From: Eledone cirrhosa
Lineage: Eukaryota
Length of the DNA: 64,000 nucleotides
Direction of reading: 5' to 3'
Assembly (NCBI GenBank): GCA_964016885.1
Contig: OZ024757.1
Span: 43,834,001-43,898,000, forward strand
Both the position numbers and the translations under genes were made by a program. This document shows positions 24,761 to 37,114 of this stretch, piece after piece. Numbering within the stretch: position 1 is the first letter of the stretch; the number at the start of each line of letters is the position of its first letter. Below the pieces are notes generated by a model. That model saw only the letters and a program-made list of their open reading frames with translations, did no database searches and was not told the origin of the DNA.

Positions 24761-27700
24761 TATATGTGTGTATGTATATATATGTATGTATATATTTGTC
24801 CTGGGTATGACATTAAACTACATCCAGTGGCAAGGCTCAAGTTCAGGAGGAACTGTGGGGAACATGGAGTTACCCCCTTAGTTGTCATAACTCCCAGGTC
24901 TGCTCTGGCCTGGTGTAGTAGTACCTGTTGGGGCCCCATTTATAGGTTAAATAATAAGATGACAGATCGGCGTACCCTATCAAAGGCCTTCTCTAGGTCA
25001 ACAAAGGCTAAGTATAGTGGCTTATTTTTCTCTAAGAACCTCTCTTGTAATTGTCTCATCAAGAAGAGGGCATCTGTTGTACTATTCCCAGGCACAAAAC
25101 CAAACTGCATCTCATCTAGTTTGACCCTTTCTCTAATTAGTTGTGCTAATATCCTTTCTGCCACTTTCATAACCTGATCCATCAGTTTTATATCCCTATA
25201 ATTTCTCCTCTCAAGAGCGTCCCCTTTACTTTTGCACTAGTCTTTGGGTATGACACTGCCATATATAGCCTGATTGATGATGTGTGCAACCAGTTTAGTG
25301 CCTACGTCCCCTGAGGCCTTCAGCATCTCAGCAACTATCTCCGATGGTCCAGCAGCCTCACCATTTTTCATTTCCTTAATCGCCTCTTGGACCCTATATT
25401 CGTTAATCTCAATTTTAAATGGACCTCTTGATAAGACGAAATGACCTGTATAATTTTTTTTTCATATTTAGATGGAATAGAAGAAAAAGAAGAGAAATGA
25501 AAGCAATGAAATTAAGTTTTAGAGAAAATATACGCCAACGACAATGGAGGTATGATTTCAGTTTAATCTTAACCTAATGACCACTTTACAGAGTGTACTG
25601 GGTGTGTCTTACCTCGCTATGTTTACTGTAAACCCTAGATAACGAATGCCTTGTTGAGTGTTGTGAATTGTGAACGTGAGGTTGTGTTGTGGGGTTGCTT
25701 GGTGAGTTTGCATTATGATGTAGCTTTGTGAGGCTTTGTTGTGAATTGATAAATATTTGAAAACACACCTCTGTCCCTCAACAGTCAGTCAGTCATTTTC
25801 TACTAAAACTCATTGATGCGAGTCCCTAGCATTGTATCTGTAAGTACATTATGACTATTTTCTCTTGGTGGACTTGACATTCAAAGATATTTGTATATAT
25901 TTTGTTGATGTTGTTTGTTAGTTAGGAAATTGCTTAAAAGCTACTTTGATCACAGCACTTTGTAAAGGCAACATATGTTTAAGATTCTTTTTTTCTTTTA
26001 TTTTTGTTATTCAGATGACAGAGAAGGCAAAGAAAGGCACAGAAGAAAAGAACAATGACGATTATTATTATTATTATTATTACTATTATTATTTGTTTTA
26101 TTATAATCAAAATATGCTGTTAGTTTGCCTGCTATCCCACTACGTGCCTGCTATCGCACTCGATCTTTTGTGTACGTTTTATATAATTTATGCCAGTTCC
26201 GTTTCTGCATATCGAACATGGCCATTTCCCTGACGGAATAGAGTTTTGTCCTCTTTTCTACTCATCAACACTCATTCGTGACACAAAGTACAGCGGCATC
26301 ATTGCGGACAGACTTAATCCCGATTTGCACTGACACACTGCCTTGCAGTACGGAACAGCGCACGTCGTCGAGCAGCCTCCTTGCATGCTAAGTACACCTG
26401 ACGTCTAGCTTCTCTCTTAGCGGCTGTATATTCTTCTCTACTCGCACTAATTTTGCCAGCATTCCATGCTAGTCTTTAGTCTCCAATGGCCCGATCTACC
26501 GTGCTGTCCCACCACCATGTCACTCTCTGTCTGGTTGGAACTCTGATCCAGCCACAAGTTTCATCAGTAACCTGCAGTAAGGTATCGCATAAGAAATTCC
26601 AGTTATCATCTATGTTGTACGACTCTAAATCGTCTTCTTTTTCATCATACACATATTGAAGGGCTTTCCTAAATTTGTATTTTAGTGAGAGCTCTTTTAG
26701 CTTCCAGACCTTTCTTTTTTCCACACCTTCCTGTATGTCTCATTCAGTCTCTTGCTTAATGAGATATCACTAACGACTAACCTATGCTGTGGGGTACATT
26801 CTTCCCCGGGGTATGCCTTTGTATTTGACACCATCTGCCTGTCCCGCTGCCTAACTAGCAAGAAGTCAATCTGGCTTATGTGCTTGCCTGATTTGTAGGT
26901 TATTAGGTGGTTGGCAGATTTGTGTAAGTTAGTGTTGTAGATGGTTAGTGCAATTGCATCGCAAAATTCAAGAAGTTTCACTGCTTCATTTCTTAAGCCG
27001 TAAGTGTGCCCAACATGTACATCAGTGTAACCATCGTAGAGCTGTCCAACATGACCATTGAAATCCCCTGCTAGCATAACGATGTCTCCGTCCTGTCATT
27101 GTGGCTGTTTGTAAAAATTGCTTGTAAATGCAGAATTTCTTGTCTTTACCTAGCAGCAGTTTCTTGCTCTCAATTAACCCTAAAACTAGCCGTAACGCTA
27201 ACAGTAACACTAACCGTAACACTAACTTATGCAGGCCTAGGTAAAGACGAGAAAGATAAAACAAGGAGTGATGCTATTTGAATTTTGTGATGCAAGTGTT
27301 TTAACCATTTGCAAAACCAACTTCCGCAAACCTGCCAACTGCCTAATAACCTACGAATTAGGCAAGCACAGAAGCCGGATTTCTCGGTAGTTAGGCAGCG
27401 AGACAGACAGATGGTGTGAAGTACCAGGGTGTGCCCCGGGGAGGACTGTTTCCCACAGCGTGGGTTGGTTGTTGGTGATGTCTCGGTGATCCTGAGACGG
27501 AGTGAGGAGGGTGTTTATAGGTAAATAGATAGACTGATGCACAGATATCTGGATAGATTGATAGAGAGATAGATATATAGAGAGCATCATTATCATCGTC
27601 TGTTCATCATTTTACGTCCGCTTTTCCCTGCTTGAAAGGGTGGGACAGGTCCTCTTGAGCAAAGCATCTCTTCACTTGTCACGGTCCTTCGTCATCTCCT

Positions 27701-28068
27701 TGGTGAGTTTCAGCGATCTGAAGTCGGCTCTCACCACCTCCACCCATGTTTTTCGTGGTCTTCCTCTACTGCGTCTCCCTTCTTTACCCAGCGCTCAACC
27801 TCCATGCGCATCACATGTCCATACCATCTCAGTCCTCTCTTGCACACCACAACTTATCCCTCTTAAACACAGTTTCTCTCTCAACTCGTTTATGCTTGGT
27901 CGTTCCCGCACATTGACATTGCACATCCAACGGAGCGTGCTTGCTTCATTTCTCTCCAGCCATCGCATACCCTCTGCAGTTGCTGTCCATGTTTCACTAC
28001 CATGCAGGGTCGCACATCTCGCATAGGCATCATGTAACCACACTTTCGTACGCATATATATATTTGTA

Positions 28069-28110
<42 letters not shown>

Positions 28111-31100
28111 TATATGTGTGTATGTATATATATGTATGTATATATTTGTCCTGGGTATGACATTAAACTACATCCAGTGGCAAGGCTCAAGTTCAGGAGG
28201 AACTGTGGGGAACATGGAGTTACCCCCTTAGTTGTCATAACTCCCAGGTCTGCTCTGGCCTGGTGTAGTAGTACCTGTTGGGGCCCCATTTATAGGTTAA
28301 ATAATAAGATGACAGATCGGCGTACCCTATCAAAGGCCTTCTCTAGGTCAACAAAGGCTAAGTATAGTGGCTTATTTTTCTCTAAGAACCTCTCTTGTAA
28401 TTGTCTCATCAAGAAGAGGGCATCTGTTGTACTATTCCCAGGCACAAAACCAAACTGCATCTCATCTAGTTTGACCCTTTCTCTAATTAGTTGTGCTAAT
28501 ATCCTTTCTGCCACTTTCATAACCTGATCCATCAGTTTTATATCCCTATAATTTCTCCTCTCAAGAGCGTCCCCTTTACTTTTGCACTAGTCTTTGGGTA
28601 TGACACTGCCATATATAGCCTGATTGATGATGTGTGCAACCAGTTTAGTGCCTACGTCCCCTGAGGCCTTCAGCATCTCAGCAACTATCTCCGATGGTCC
28701 AGCAGCCTCACCATTTTTCATTTCCTTAATCGCCTCTTGGACCCTATATTCGTTAATCTCAATTTTAAATGGACCTCTTGATAAGACGAAATGACCTGTA
28801 TAATTTTTTTTTCATATTTAGATGGAATAGAAGAAAAAGAAGAGAAATGAAAGCAATGAAATTAAGTTTTAGAGAAAATATACGCCAACGACAATGGAGG
28901 TATGATTTCAGTTTAATCTTAACCTAATGACCACTTTACAGAGTGTACTGGGTGTGTCTTACCTCGCTATGTTTACTGTAAACCCTAGATAACGAATGCC
29001 TTGTTGAGTGTTGTGAATTGTGAACGTGAGGTTGTGTTGTGGGGTTGCTTGGTGAGTTTGCATTATGATGTAGCTTTGTGAGGCTTTGTTGTGAATTGAT
29101 AAATATTTGAAAACACACCTCTGTCCCTCAACAGTCAGTCAGTCATTTTCTACTAAAACTCATTGATGCGAGTCCCTAGCATTGTATCTGTAAGTACATT
29201 ATGACTATTTTCTCTTGGTGGACTTGACATTCAAAGATATTTGTATATATTTTGTTGATGTTGTTTGTTAGTTAGGAAATTGCTTAAAAGCTACTTTGAT
29301 CACAGCACTTTGTAAAGGCAACATATGTTTAAGATTCTTTTTTTCTTTTATTTTTGTTATTCAGATGACAGAGAAGGCAAAGAAAGGCACAGAAGAAAAG
29401 AACAATGACGATTATTATTATTATTATTATTACTATTATTATTTGTTTTATTATAATCAAAATATGCTGTTAGTTTGCCTGCTATCCCACTACGTGCCTG
29501 CTATCGCACTCGATCTTTTGTGTACGTTTTATATAATTTATGCCAGTTCCGTTTCTGCATATCGAACATGGCCATTTCCCTGACGGAATAGAGTTTTGTC
29601 CTCTTTTCTACTCATCAACACTCATTCGTGACACAAAGTACAGCGGCATCATTGCGGACAGACTTAATCCCGATTTGCACTGACACACTGCCTTGCAGTA
29701 CGGAACAGCGCACGTCGTCGAGCAGCCTCCTTGCATGCTAAGTACACCTGACGTCTAGCTTCTCTCTTAGCGGCTGTATATTCTTCTCTACTCGCACTAA
29801 TTTTGCCAGCATTCCATGCTAGTCTTTAGTCTCCAATGGCCCGATCTACCGTGCTGTCCCACCACCATGTCACTCTCTGTCTGGTTGGAACTCTGATCCA
29901 GCCACAAGTTTCATCAGTAACCTGCAGTAAGGTATCGCATAAGAAATTCCAGTTATCATCTATGTTGTACGACTCTAAATCGTCTTCTTTTTCATCATAC
30001 ACATATTGAAGGGCTTTCCTAAATTTGTATTTTAGTGAGAGCTCTTTTAGCTTCCAGACCTTTCTTTTTTCCACACCTTCCTGTATGTCTCATTCAGTCT
30101 CTTGCTTAATGAGATATCACTAACGACTAACCTATGCTGTGGGGTACATTCTTCCCCGGGGTATGCCTTTGTATTTGACACCATCTGCCTGTCCCGCTGC
30201 CTAACTAGCAAGAAGTCAATCTGGCTTATGTGCTTGCCTGATTTGTAGGTTATTAGGTGGTTGGCAGATTTGTGTAAGTTAGTGTTGTAGATGGTTAGTG
30301 CAATTGCATCGCAAAATTCAAGAAGTTTCACTGCTTCATTTCTTAAGCCGTAAGTGTGCCCAACATGTACCTCGGTGTAACCATCGTAGAGCTGTCCAAC
30401 ATGACCATTGAAATCCCCTGCTAGCATAACGATGTCTCCGTCCTGTCATTGTGGCTGTTTGTAAAAATTGCTTGTAAATGCAGAATTTCTTGTCTTTACC
30501 TAGCAGCAGTTTCTTGCTCTCAATTAACCCTAAAACTAGCCGTAACGCTAACAGTAACACTAACCGTAACACTAACTTATGCAGGCCTAGGTAAAGACGA
30601 GAAAGATAAAACAAGGAGTGATGCTATTTGAATTTCGTGATGCAAGTGTTTTAACCATTTGCAAAACCAACTTCCGCAAACCTGCCAACTGCCTAATAAC
30701 CTACGAATTAGGCAAGCACAGAAGCCGGATTTCTCGGTAGTTAGGCAGCGAGACAGACAGATGGTGTGAAGTACCAGGGTGTGCCCCGGGGAGGACTGTT
30801 TCCCACAGCGTGGGTTGGTTGTTGGTGATGTCTCGGTGATCCTGAGACGGAGTGAGGAGGGTGTTTATAGGTAAATAGATAGACTGATGCACAGATATCT
30901 GGATAGATTGATAGAGAGATAGATATATAGAGAGCATCATTATCATCGTCTGTTCATCATTTTACGTCCGCTTTTCCCTGCTTGAAAGGGTGGGACAGGT
31001 CCTCTTGAGCAAAGCATCTCTTCACTTGTCACGGTCCTTCGTCATCTCCTTGGTGAGTTTCAGCGATCTGAAGTCGGCTCTCACCACCTCCACCCATGTT

Positions 31101-31370
31101 TTTCGTGGTCTTCCTCTACTGCGTCTCCCTTCTTTACCCAGCGCTCAACCTCCATGCGCATCACATGTCCATACCATCTCAGTCCTCTCTTGCACACCAC
31201 AACTTATCCCTCTTAAACACAGTTTCTCTCTCAACTCGTTTATGCTTGGTCGTTCCCGCACATTGACATTGCACATCCAACGGAGCGTGCTTGCTTCATT
31301 TCTCTCCAGCCATCGCATACCCTCTGCATTTGCTGTCCATGTCTCACTACCATGCAGCATCGCGCATCTC
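9570..31370. repeat. Tandem array of ~6.5 units of 3350 bp
   Basis: Identical ORFs at 13076, 16426, 19776, 23126, 26476, 29826 (exact 3350 period); first spacing is 3299 (33-bp deletion plus shorter TA tract). Unit = RTE EN(-), hexamer spacer, RTE EN(+), RTE 3' piece(-), TA tract, 160-bp repeat, RTE RT(-), ~870-bp non-RTE block. Confidence 0.98.
13837..14110 (+). pseudogene. Plus-strand RTE endonuclease fragment (present in every array unit)
   Basis: Reads GLGKDEKDK, then FEFCDAS..TNFRKPANCLITY..VRQRDRQMV..CPGEDCFPQRGLVVGD; homologous to the adjacent minus-strand EN fragment. Confidence 0.85.
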
Positions 31371-31373
31371 ACT

Positions 31374-31404
<31 letters not shown>

Positions 31405-31423
31405 GTACATACATATATATTAT

Positions 31424-31505
31424 GTCAGGTCACCAGTTGGTGCTACTGGTAACATGTATCCCAGTACAACCTGTCTCCTGGTCGGGTCGTTGGCGACTAA
31501 ACTGG
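31424..31505 (+). ncRNA. Candidate HDV-like ribozyme (degenerate P3)
   Basis: P1 gtcagg/cctggt with G1-U wobble; P2 ccagt/actgg; CC in loop with GG after P1'; P4 tcg-ttgg-cga; J4/2 C-UAA; starts exactly at the element boundary. Confidence 0.4.
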
Positions 31506-32022
31506 CAACCCCACTAAGGTTTCTTGGTGAGGAGGGTGACTTTGGACATCCTGCAGGACTAAAAACAAAACCTGTCAAAGGGCAAAGGAGCTCTTAAGAG
31601 TCAATGGCCATCCAAAATCACCGGGAGAGATGACCCCTTAGCCTGTGTCAAGGCAGAATTCTAGAAGGAAAACTCTGATATAACACCTGCAACCCTGATG
31701 GTATCCAATGATGTTGACTTGTTTTGCTTTTTGGTAAATATCATCTTGGTTAAGAGAGTGGGACTGGCTTTGTGCAGTGCCTTTGCTCACTATAAAAGCT
31801 TCACAGCACAGGCATTGCTTTATATCTGGAGATCTCTCTGCACTCGTCGTCACATGGTACGATTGGCCCAGCACTGTCAATAATTGTCACAAGTGTAGTG
31901 TTTGTACCAGAGTTTTCAAGTCACTGGCTGGACTAAAACGTCACACTCGTTCAGCCCATCGGTAGGGGTTCTCCTACATGGATATAAAGTAGGGGCCGTA
32001 CTCGAAAAAGAGTTGGCAACCA
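31424..32022 (+). mobile_element. ~600-bp bipartite non-autonomous LINE derivative (5' UTR-like part + C2H2-coding 3' end)
   Basis: Bounded by TA tracts; 3' part encodes HKCSVCTRVFKSLAGLKRHTRSAH; no EN/RT; second 3' copy at 2233. Confidence 0.65.
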
Positions 32023-32085
32023 CCATATATATGTATATATGTATATATTTATATGTATGTATATATGCATATATTTGTATGTATG

Positions 32086-32116
<31 letters not shown>

Positions 32117-32174
32117 TTCTGGCTTTCTCTTATTTTCACTCACTCCTCCGCTAGCTCACTTCCTTCCTCGTCCG

Positions 32175-33005
32175 TAACTGTCTCTTCTCTTGCTCACACT
32201 TCTACAGTGAATGTGTCTTTTTTTCTTATCAAACCCGCCAGAACTTGTGTTCGAAATCAATTGTTCACTCGTTTTTTTTTTTTTTTTTTTTTTCCTTTCT
32301 TTTTGTTGCTTCAGCCTTTGTGTCTGTTTATATTTTTCTCTCTCTCTCCCCTCTTTTTTATCCCAATAACTTATTTTAGTTATTGTTCGGCCTAGGTTGA
32401 GGCATCTTGTCTCTAACGCGAAGAAATGCCTATGATTCCTAGCAGACAACTGACGATGGATATTGCCCTCTTTTGCCCGTAACTTTTATTTTGATTATAT
32501 TTCAATGCAACCACACAGCTTGCCATTTTATTCACATAGTTTTCTTCTCAGTTGTGACCCATCTCTCTTCTATCCCCTTGTTGCTATGCTCTCTCTCCCC
32601 CTTCTCCCTCTTCTGCTAGTCACCTTCTCTCGGCTAACCTGCCACTTCTAAAGCAGTCTCTTCTCTCACTCACACTGCTACAGTGAAGACATGCATTTTT
32701 TTTTCTCGTTAAACCCACCAGAACTTATGTTCAAAATGAGTTGTTGACTTGATTTTTCCTCTTTTCGTTTCTTCACCCTTCATGTGTGTATCCATTTTTC
32801 TCTCTCCCCCTTTTTTTATTCCAATAACTTATTTTAGTTATTGTTCGCCCTAGGTTGAGGCATCTTGTCTCTAACGCGAAGAAATGCCTATGATTCCTAG
32901 CAGACAACTGACGATGGATATTGCCCTCTTTTGCCCATAACTTTTCTTTTCATTATACTTAAATGCAACCACACAGCTTGCCATTTTATTCATAGTTTCC
33001 TTCTC
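32175..33005. repeat. Two-copy tandem duplication, period ~458-477 bp
   Basis: 32175-32545 versus 32652-33005; central block near identical. Confidence 0.9.
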
Positions 33006-33049
33006 CGCTGAGTTTTGTCCTCATTTCTACTCATCAACAATTTTGTCTT

Positions 33050-33282
33050 AGCTATGTTCACTCTCAGTCCTCTTAATTCCAACTCTGTTTTCATAGCCAG
33101 AATTTATTCTCAAGCTCTTCTACTGATTTTATCATCAGCATAGATAAGTTTCTGTAAACAGGATGTATTCCTACTTGTATCTGGAATTTGTCACTAAACT
33201 CCATTCCTACCCTCACTTTACTGACAGCACCTCTGTACAAAGCTTGCAATGTCCTCACAAGCCATTCATCAACACCTACACC
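33050..33282 (-). pseudogene. RTE RT fragment
   Basis: GVDEWLVRTLQALY..AVSKVRVG; degenerate YADD (tatgctgatgat). Confidence 0.8.
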
Positions 33283-33517
33283 GAAAAACAACCCAAACCA
33301 AACCGTGTGTTCTGTTATTATTTCTTGCAATATTTATAACAATATGACTCTCCCCTGTTATAACTATATATATATATATATATCGTCATACAAATATGTA
33401 TCGCAGCATTATCAATAAAGGACTTTAACATCTGAAAGTATTTCGCATTTTATCATTATATATATATGCACACATACACACACATACACCGAGAGAGACG
33501 ACATATATTTATATATG

Positions 33518-35720
33518 CTAGCTGAAGAACTGCCCTTTGGGCGTTTTTCTGCTAGTATATATAGACATAAGTTTTTGTAGTGTCCCTTTTCTATCATTTA
33601 AAAAGAAACTGAAATGCATTTCAACTAAAAGAGTGATAGCTGTTTCACATGACTGTAGAATTTCTTTGTAGACACAGTTGCCAGCAAACAGACACCTTTC
33701 ATTTAATATTTTAATATTTTCTTTTTTGTGATAATGCAACATACGTGAGAATTGTGTTTGTAGATAAATGTCTGCCCTTGAAGGTTGTTTCAACTATTTG
33801 TGGTCTATCACCATGACGTAGAACTGGAAGAATTTGGTTTTAGTCACCAGATACCACTAAATGGCTTTTTGCAATCTCGAACATCTTTGAAACTCCTGTC
33901 AGGCATTGAAAGATATTCTTATGTCCCATACCTCTCTCATCAATGATTAACAGGTCAGCTTGCTGCATAAGTTTACCTGTGTCATCCCTCTTTGTGAAGA
34001 AGCAAGTTGATTCAGCAGTCATATTGAGAGGAATCGTGCACTTGGAATGAAGAGTTCTTCGTTTGTGAAGCAAAGTGGCTGCTATTCCAGATATGGCAGT
34101 GGCAAGTGCAATTATTTTTTTACATTGGAGGTAATCCATTAGAATGCTTATGACCTGTACCTGCACTTGCATTCAAGCAGAAAATTCTGCCCTCATTTTC
34201 ATTTACAGAGGTAATTACTTTGTGAAAAAGAACCAGTTGCTGAGGATTCAATGTTGGCAGAAGTTGATTTATTTGTTTGCATGGACATAAATTGCTCATG
34301 ATGTTCATGCATGATATCCTCTGCAAGACAATTCTTCTATTTCTCCCAGAACTGCAGAGGGTCATTTGGCATGCAGTGCAATTAAATGGTGCAGAAGATC
34401 TGTGGCAGCTGAGGACCAACAGACTAAGTTAATCTTTATATGAAGTTTACCCAGCCTTGTGATGTATGATCATTCTGAGGTAATATAATTCAGATTGATG
34501 TCTTCTGAGAATGCGTCCAAGAGATTCACTCATAAATTGTTGATCACCATCCAGATGTCCCCTTTTTTTCTTTGCCATTTTTTGTTTGTCCAAGTGAAAT
34601 ATTTAGGAATATCAATATACAATATATCTTGTTCCAGCGGGTCTCTAATATTCAGTTGAAAATATTCCGTGAACTTAGTCATTGGCTGTCCCCTAGAAAG
34701 AACTTTCTTCCTGCCCTTGCTCAAACACGACCATTTGTTCCCCAAGTAAATGGCAAGGCAACTTTCCAGAATGCTTCACTGGCTGAGATGTACCATGCAT
34801 TGATATAGGTCTCAATTTCATTTCGAGCATGGACACAATTTCCTCGATCATCGTTAATAGTGAAAGTGATTTTGTCTGATCCTTTTGTGATGTACTTTAA
34901 TTAGTTAACAGCCTTGACACTGTAGACAACCTCACAATTGACCATGCTATCTACCCCTTCTTCTATACTTTGAAAAGGAACTTTTGGCAACAAATGCGGT
35001 TTGCCTTGGGATAACTGTTTGAGCATTGTTATTGTTGTCCTAGCCCTTCCTTTCATGAGCACATCATATTAACTTGTCCACATGGGCCATGAATGTTGCA
35101 AGATGGGGATGATCTTCTGTAGAATTGGAATCTCACAGTACACTACCTGATCAATGTCATCAGCAGTTTTGTGCTTACTATCTTCAGCCATTATCTGCAG
35201 AATATGAGCATGAGTGGGGCCTCGTTTCTGCCACTCTATTGTAGCAGAACGAGCAACAACTTTTCCTAGGACATTTTCTTTTTCAGTATGTCACCCATGA
35301 GGCTGTCATACTTGATGTTGAAGAATCTTGCACAAATATCAGGACGGTCTCTAGGTTCTTGACTAGGGTGCAAATTATTTTTTATTTCATCCCAGTTAGA
35401 GTTAGTTGTTACCGTGATGAAATAAGACGACTTTACCATGTCGAACCACAGTCATCGAATTCTGAAAGCACTCAGTGTAGAAGCGATTGGGAACCATAGA
35501 TTGAAGGTGGAAGAACAATTCTCCGGCCTTCATTTACTGAATCTCCCTCAGCATCATAGAAACCCTCATACTTTTCAGCTCACATCACGGTTCGATTGTT
35601 ACGGCCATTTTGAGGTGACAACATTGTATTTTTCCCTGGGCATCTACAGCATATTGCTGCATCAGCCACCTGCTCTTCACGACAACATTAGTCACCTTGC
35701 CTAACCTGAAACCGATAACC
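33518..35720 (-). mobile_element. Helitron with decayed Rep-helicase
   Basis: Rep motifs YFITVTTN..W.EI..RPDI.ARFF and IEWQKRGPTHAHIL (HUH); PIF1 motifs ASAGTG, SGIAATLL, DLLIIDE; GC hairpin gccc-aaa-gggc followed by CTAG at 33518. Confidence 0.9.
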
Positions 35721-36074
35721 AGTGGGTGTGAGTGTGTGGTTGTTGTCAATCCTTTTCAAACCAACCCGAAACCCATCATTCCCACAAGGAAACAGTAGCA
35801 CAGGACAATATTCACATTTTCAGAGACTGGCATTTCAATGACTTTCTTGAAGCTTCTTATATGATAAATGTTACCTATGATCTTAAATGTGGGACTAAAC
35901 CCTGGCTTTCTCCCCCCCTCTCTCTCTCTCTCTCCCATACACTGACATAAGATCATATAATTCAGCATTGTGGCTGTCTGTAAAATGTGAAAAGAAAGGC
36001 AAGGTTTTAACTGACATATAATTAGATGTATGTATTTATGCCATGTGCGTTAATTTATATACGCACAATAGTCA

Positions 36075-36405
36075 GTCTCCTGATCTGTTACAAACACAAT
36101 TCTCAGGGCGAAACAGATTAAATCTCTAATCTGTCCGGGAGATGAAATAGTTATTGAAACGATGTGTACATTTTACTCTATCCTGTATTTTCCGTTTGCT
36201 CGCACGAGGTGAAATATTCATTCGTGTAGCTTTTAGTTTTAGGTGTTTGTCACATTTTATCTTATCTCTCGCTGATGACGCCTACGGATTATCTGTTACA
36301 AACACAATTCTCAGGGCGAAACAGATTAAATCTCTAATCTGTCTGGGAGATGAAATAGTTATTGAAACGATCTGTACATTTTACTCTTTATCCTGTATTT
36401 TCCGT
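36075..36405 (+). mobile_element. Retrozyme-like / Penelope pLTR-like tandem, 208-bp period
   Basis: Direct repeat ~36083-36196 / ~36291-36405; each copy spans hammerhead stem III and the GUC site (C36135, C36343). Confidence 0.75.
36264..36351 (+). ncRNA. Type I hammerhead ribozyme
   Basis: Stem I atctctcg/tgggagat; CUGAUGA 36272-36278; extra C; stem II gcct/gggc; GAAA 36318-36321; 7-bp stem III cagatta/taatctg; GUC. Confidence 0.88.
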
Positions 36406-36630
36406 ATGCTTCAGGTTAAATCTGTCAAACCAACATATATATATATATATATGCGCTCAACCAACTGTGACGCCTAAACCAATCAGCTTTAGTAATCCAG
36501 TGAAACTACACACCGATTGGTTGAAATACAGTTTTCAAGATTTAGCATTCTGGAGCCACTTTTCACAGTGGCAAAATTTACCCATCTCATTACGGTTGAA
36601 AATTGCAAACTTGACTGTCACCACACATTA

Positions 36631-36669
36631 TGAACCTGAAGATTGCGAAAGCATGAAAGTACTTGTTCA
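36631..36669 (+). ncRNA. Minimal Type I hammerhead (Penelope-type, palindromic stem III)
   Basis: tgaac-CUGAAGA-t-tgc-gaaa-gca-t-GAAA-gtac-tt-gttca; palindrome aagtactt; CUU triplet. Confidence 0.85.
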
Positions 36670-36870
36670 ATTAACACTTAACATTTAATATTCTACCATA
36701 CTATTTCATTCTAATACTATTATAAATTTTAAAGGATTGTAAATAAAACGAGTAAATCAAAGTTGGAATTCCTTTTATTAATATAATCTTCTATACATAA
36801 TTATACACACCCGTGTATATCTATCTATCATATATATATATATATATATATATATAATGACACACACATA

Positions 36871-37030
36871 TTGTCCTGGGTATGACATTAAACTACATCC
36901 AGTGACAAGGCTCCATTTCGGGAGTTCATGAGCTGTGGGGAATGTGGAGTTACCCCTTAGTTGTCATAACTCCCAGGTCTGCTCTGGCCCAGAGCAGTGT
37001 TACCTGTTAGGGCCCCATTTATGGGTGAAA
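36871..37030 (+). repeat. Copy of the 160-bp structured repeat
   Basis: Matches 8142-8300. Confidence 0.8.
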
Positions 37031-37114
37031 TAATAAAAGAACCATGTAGTCGATTTAACAGCACTAAGGTTGTCAAGGCTTATGGGCACTCTGAATGTGA
37101 GGACAATTCGGACA

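Noticed and set aside
9570-31370. CRISPR-like or prokaryotic system
   Set aside because: No repeat-spacer structure, cas genes or operons; eukaryotic repeat DNA.
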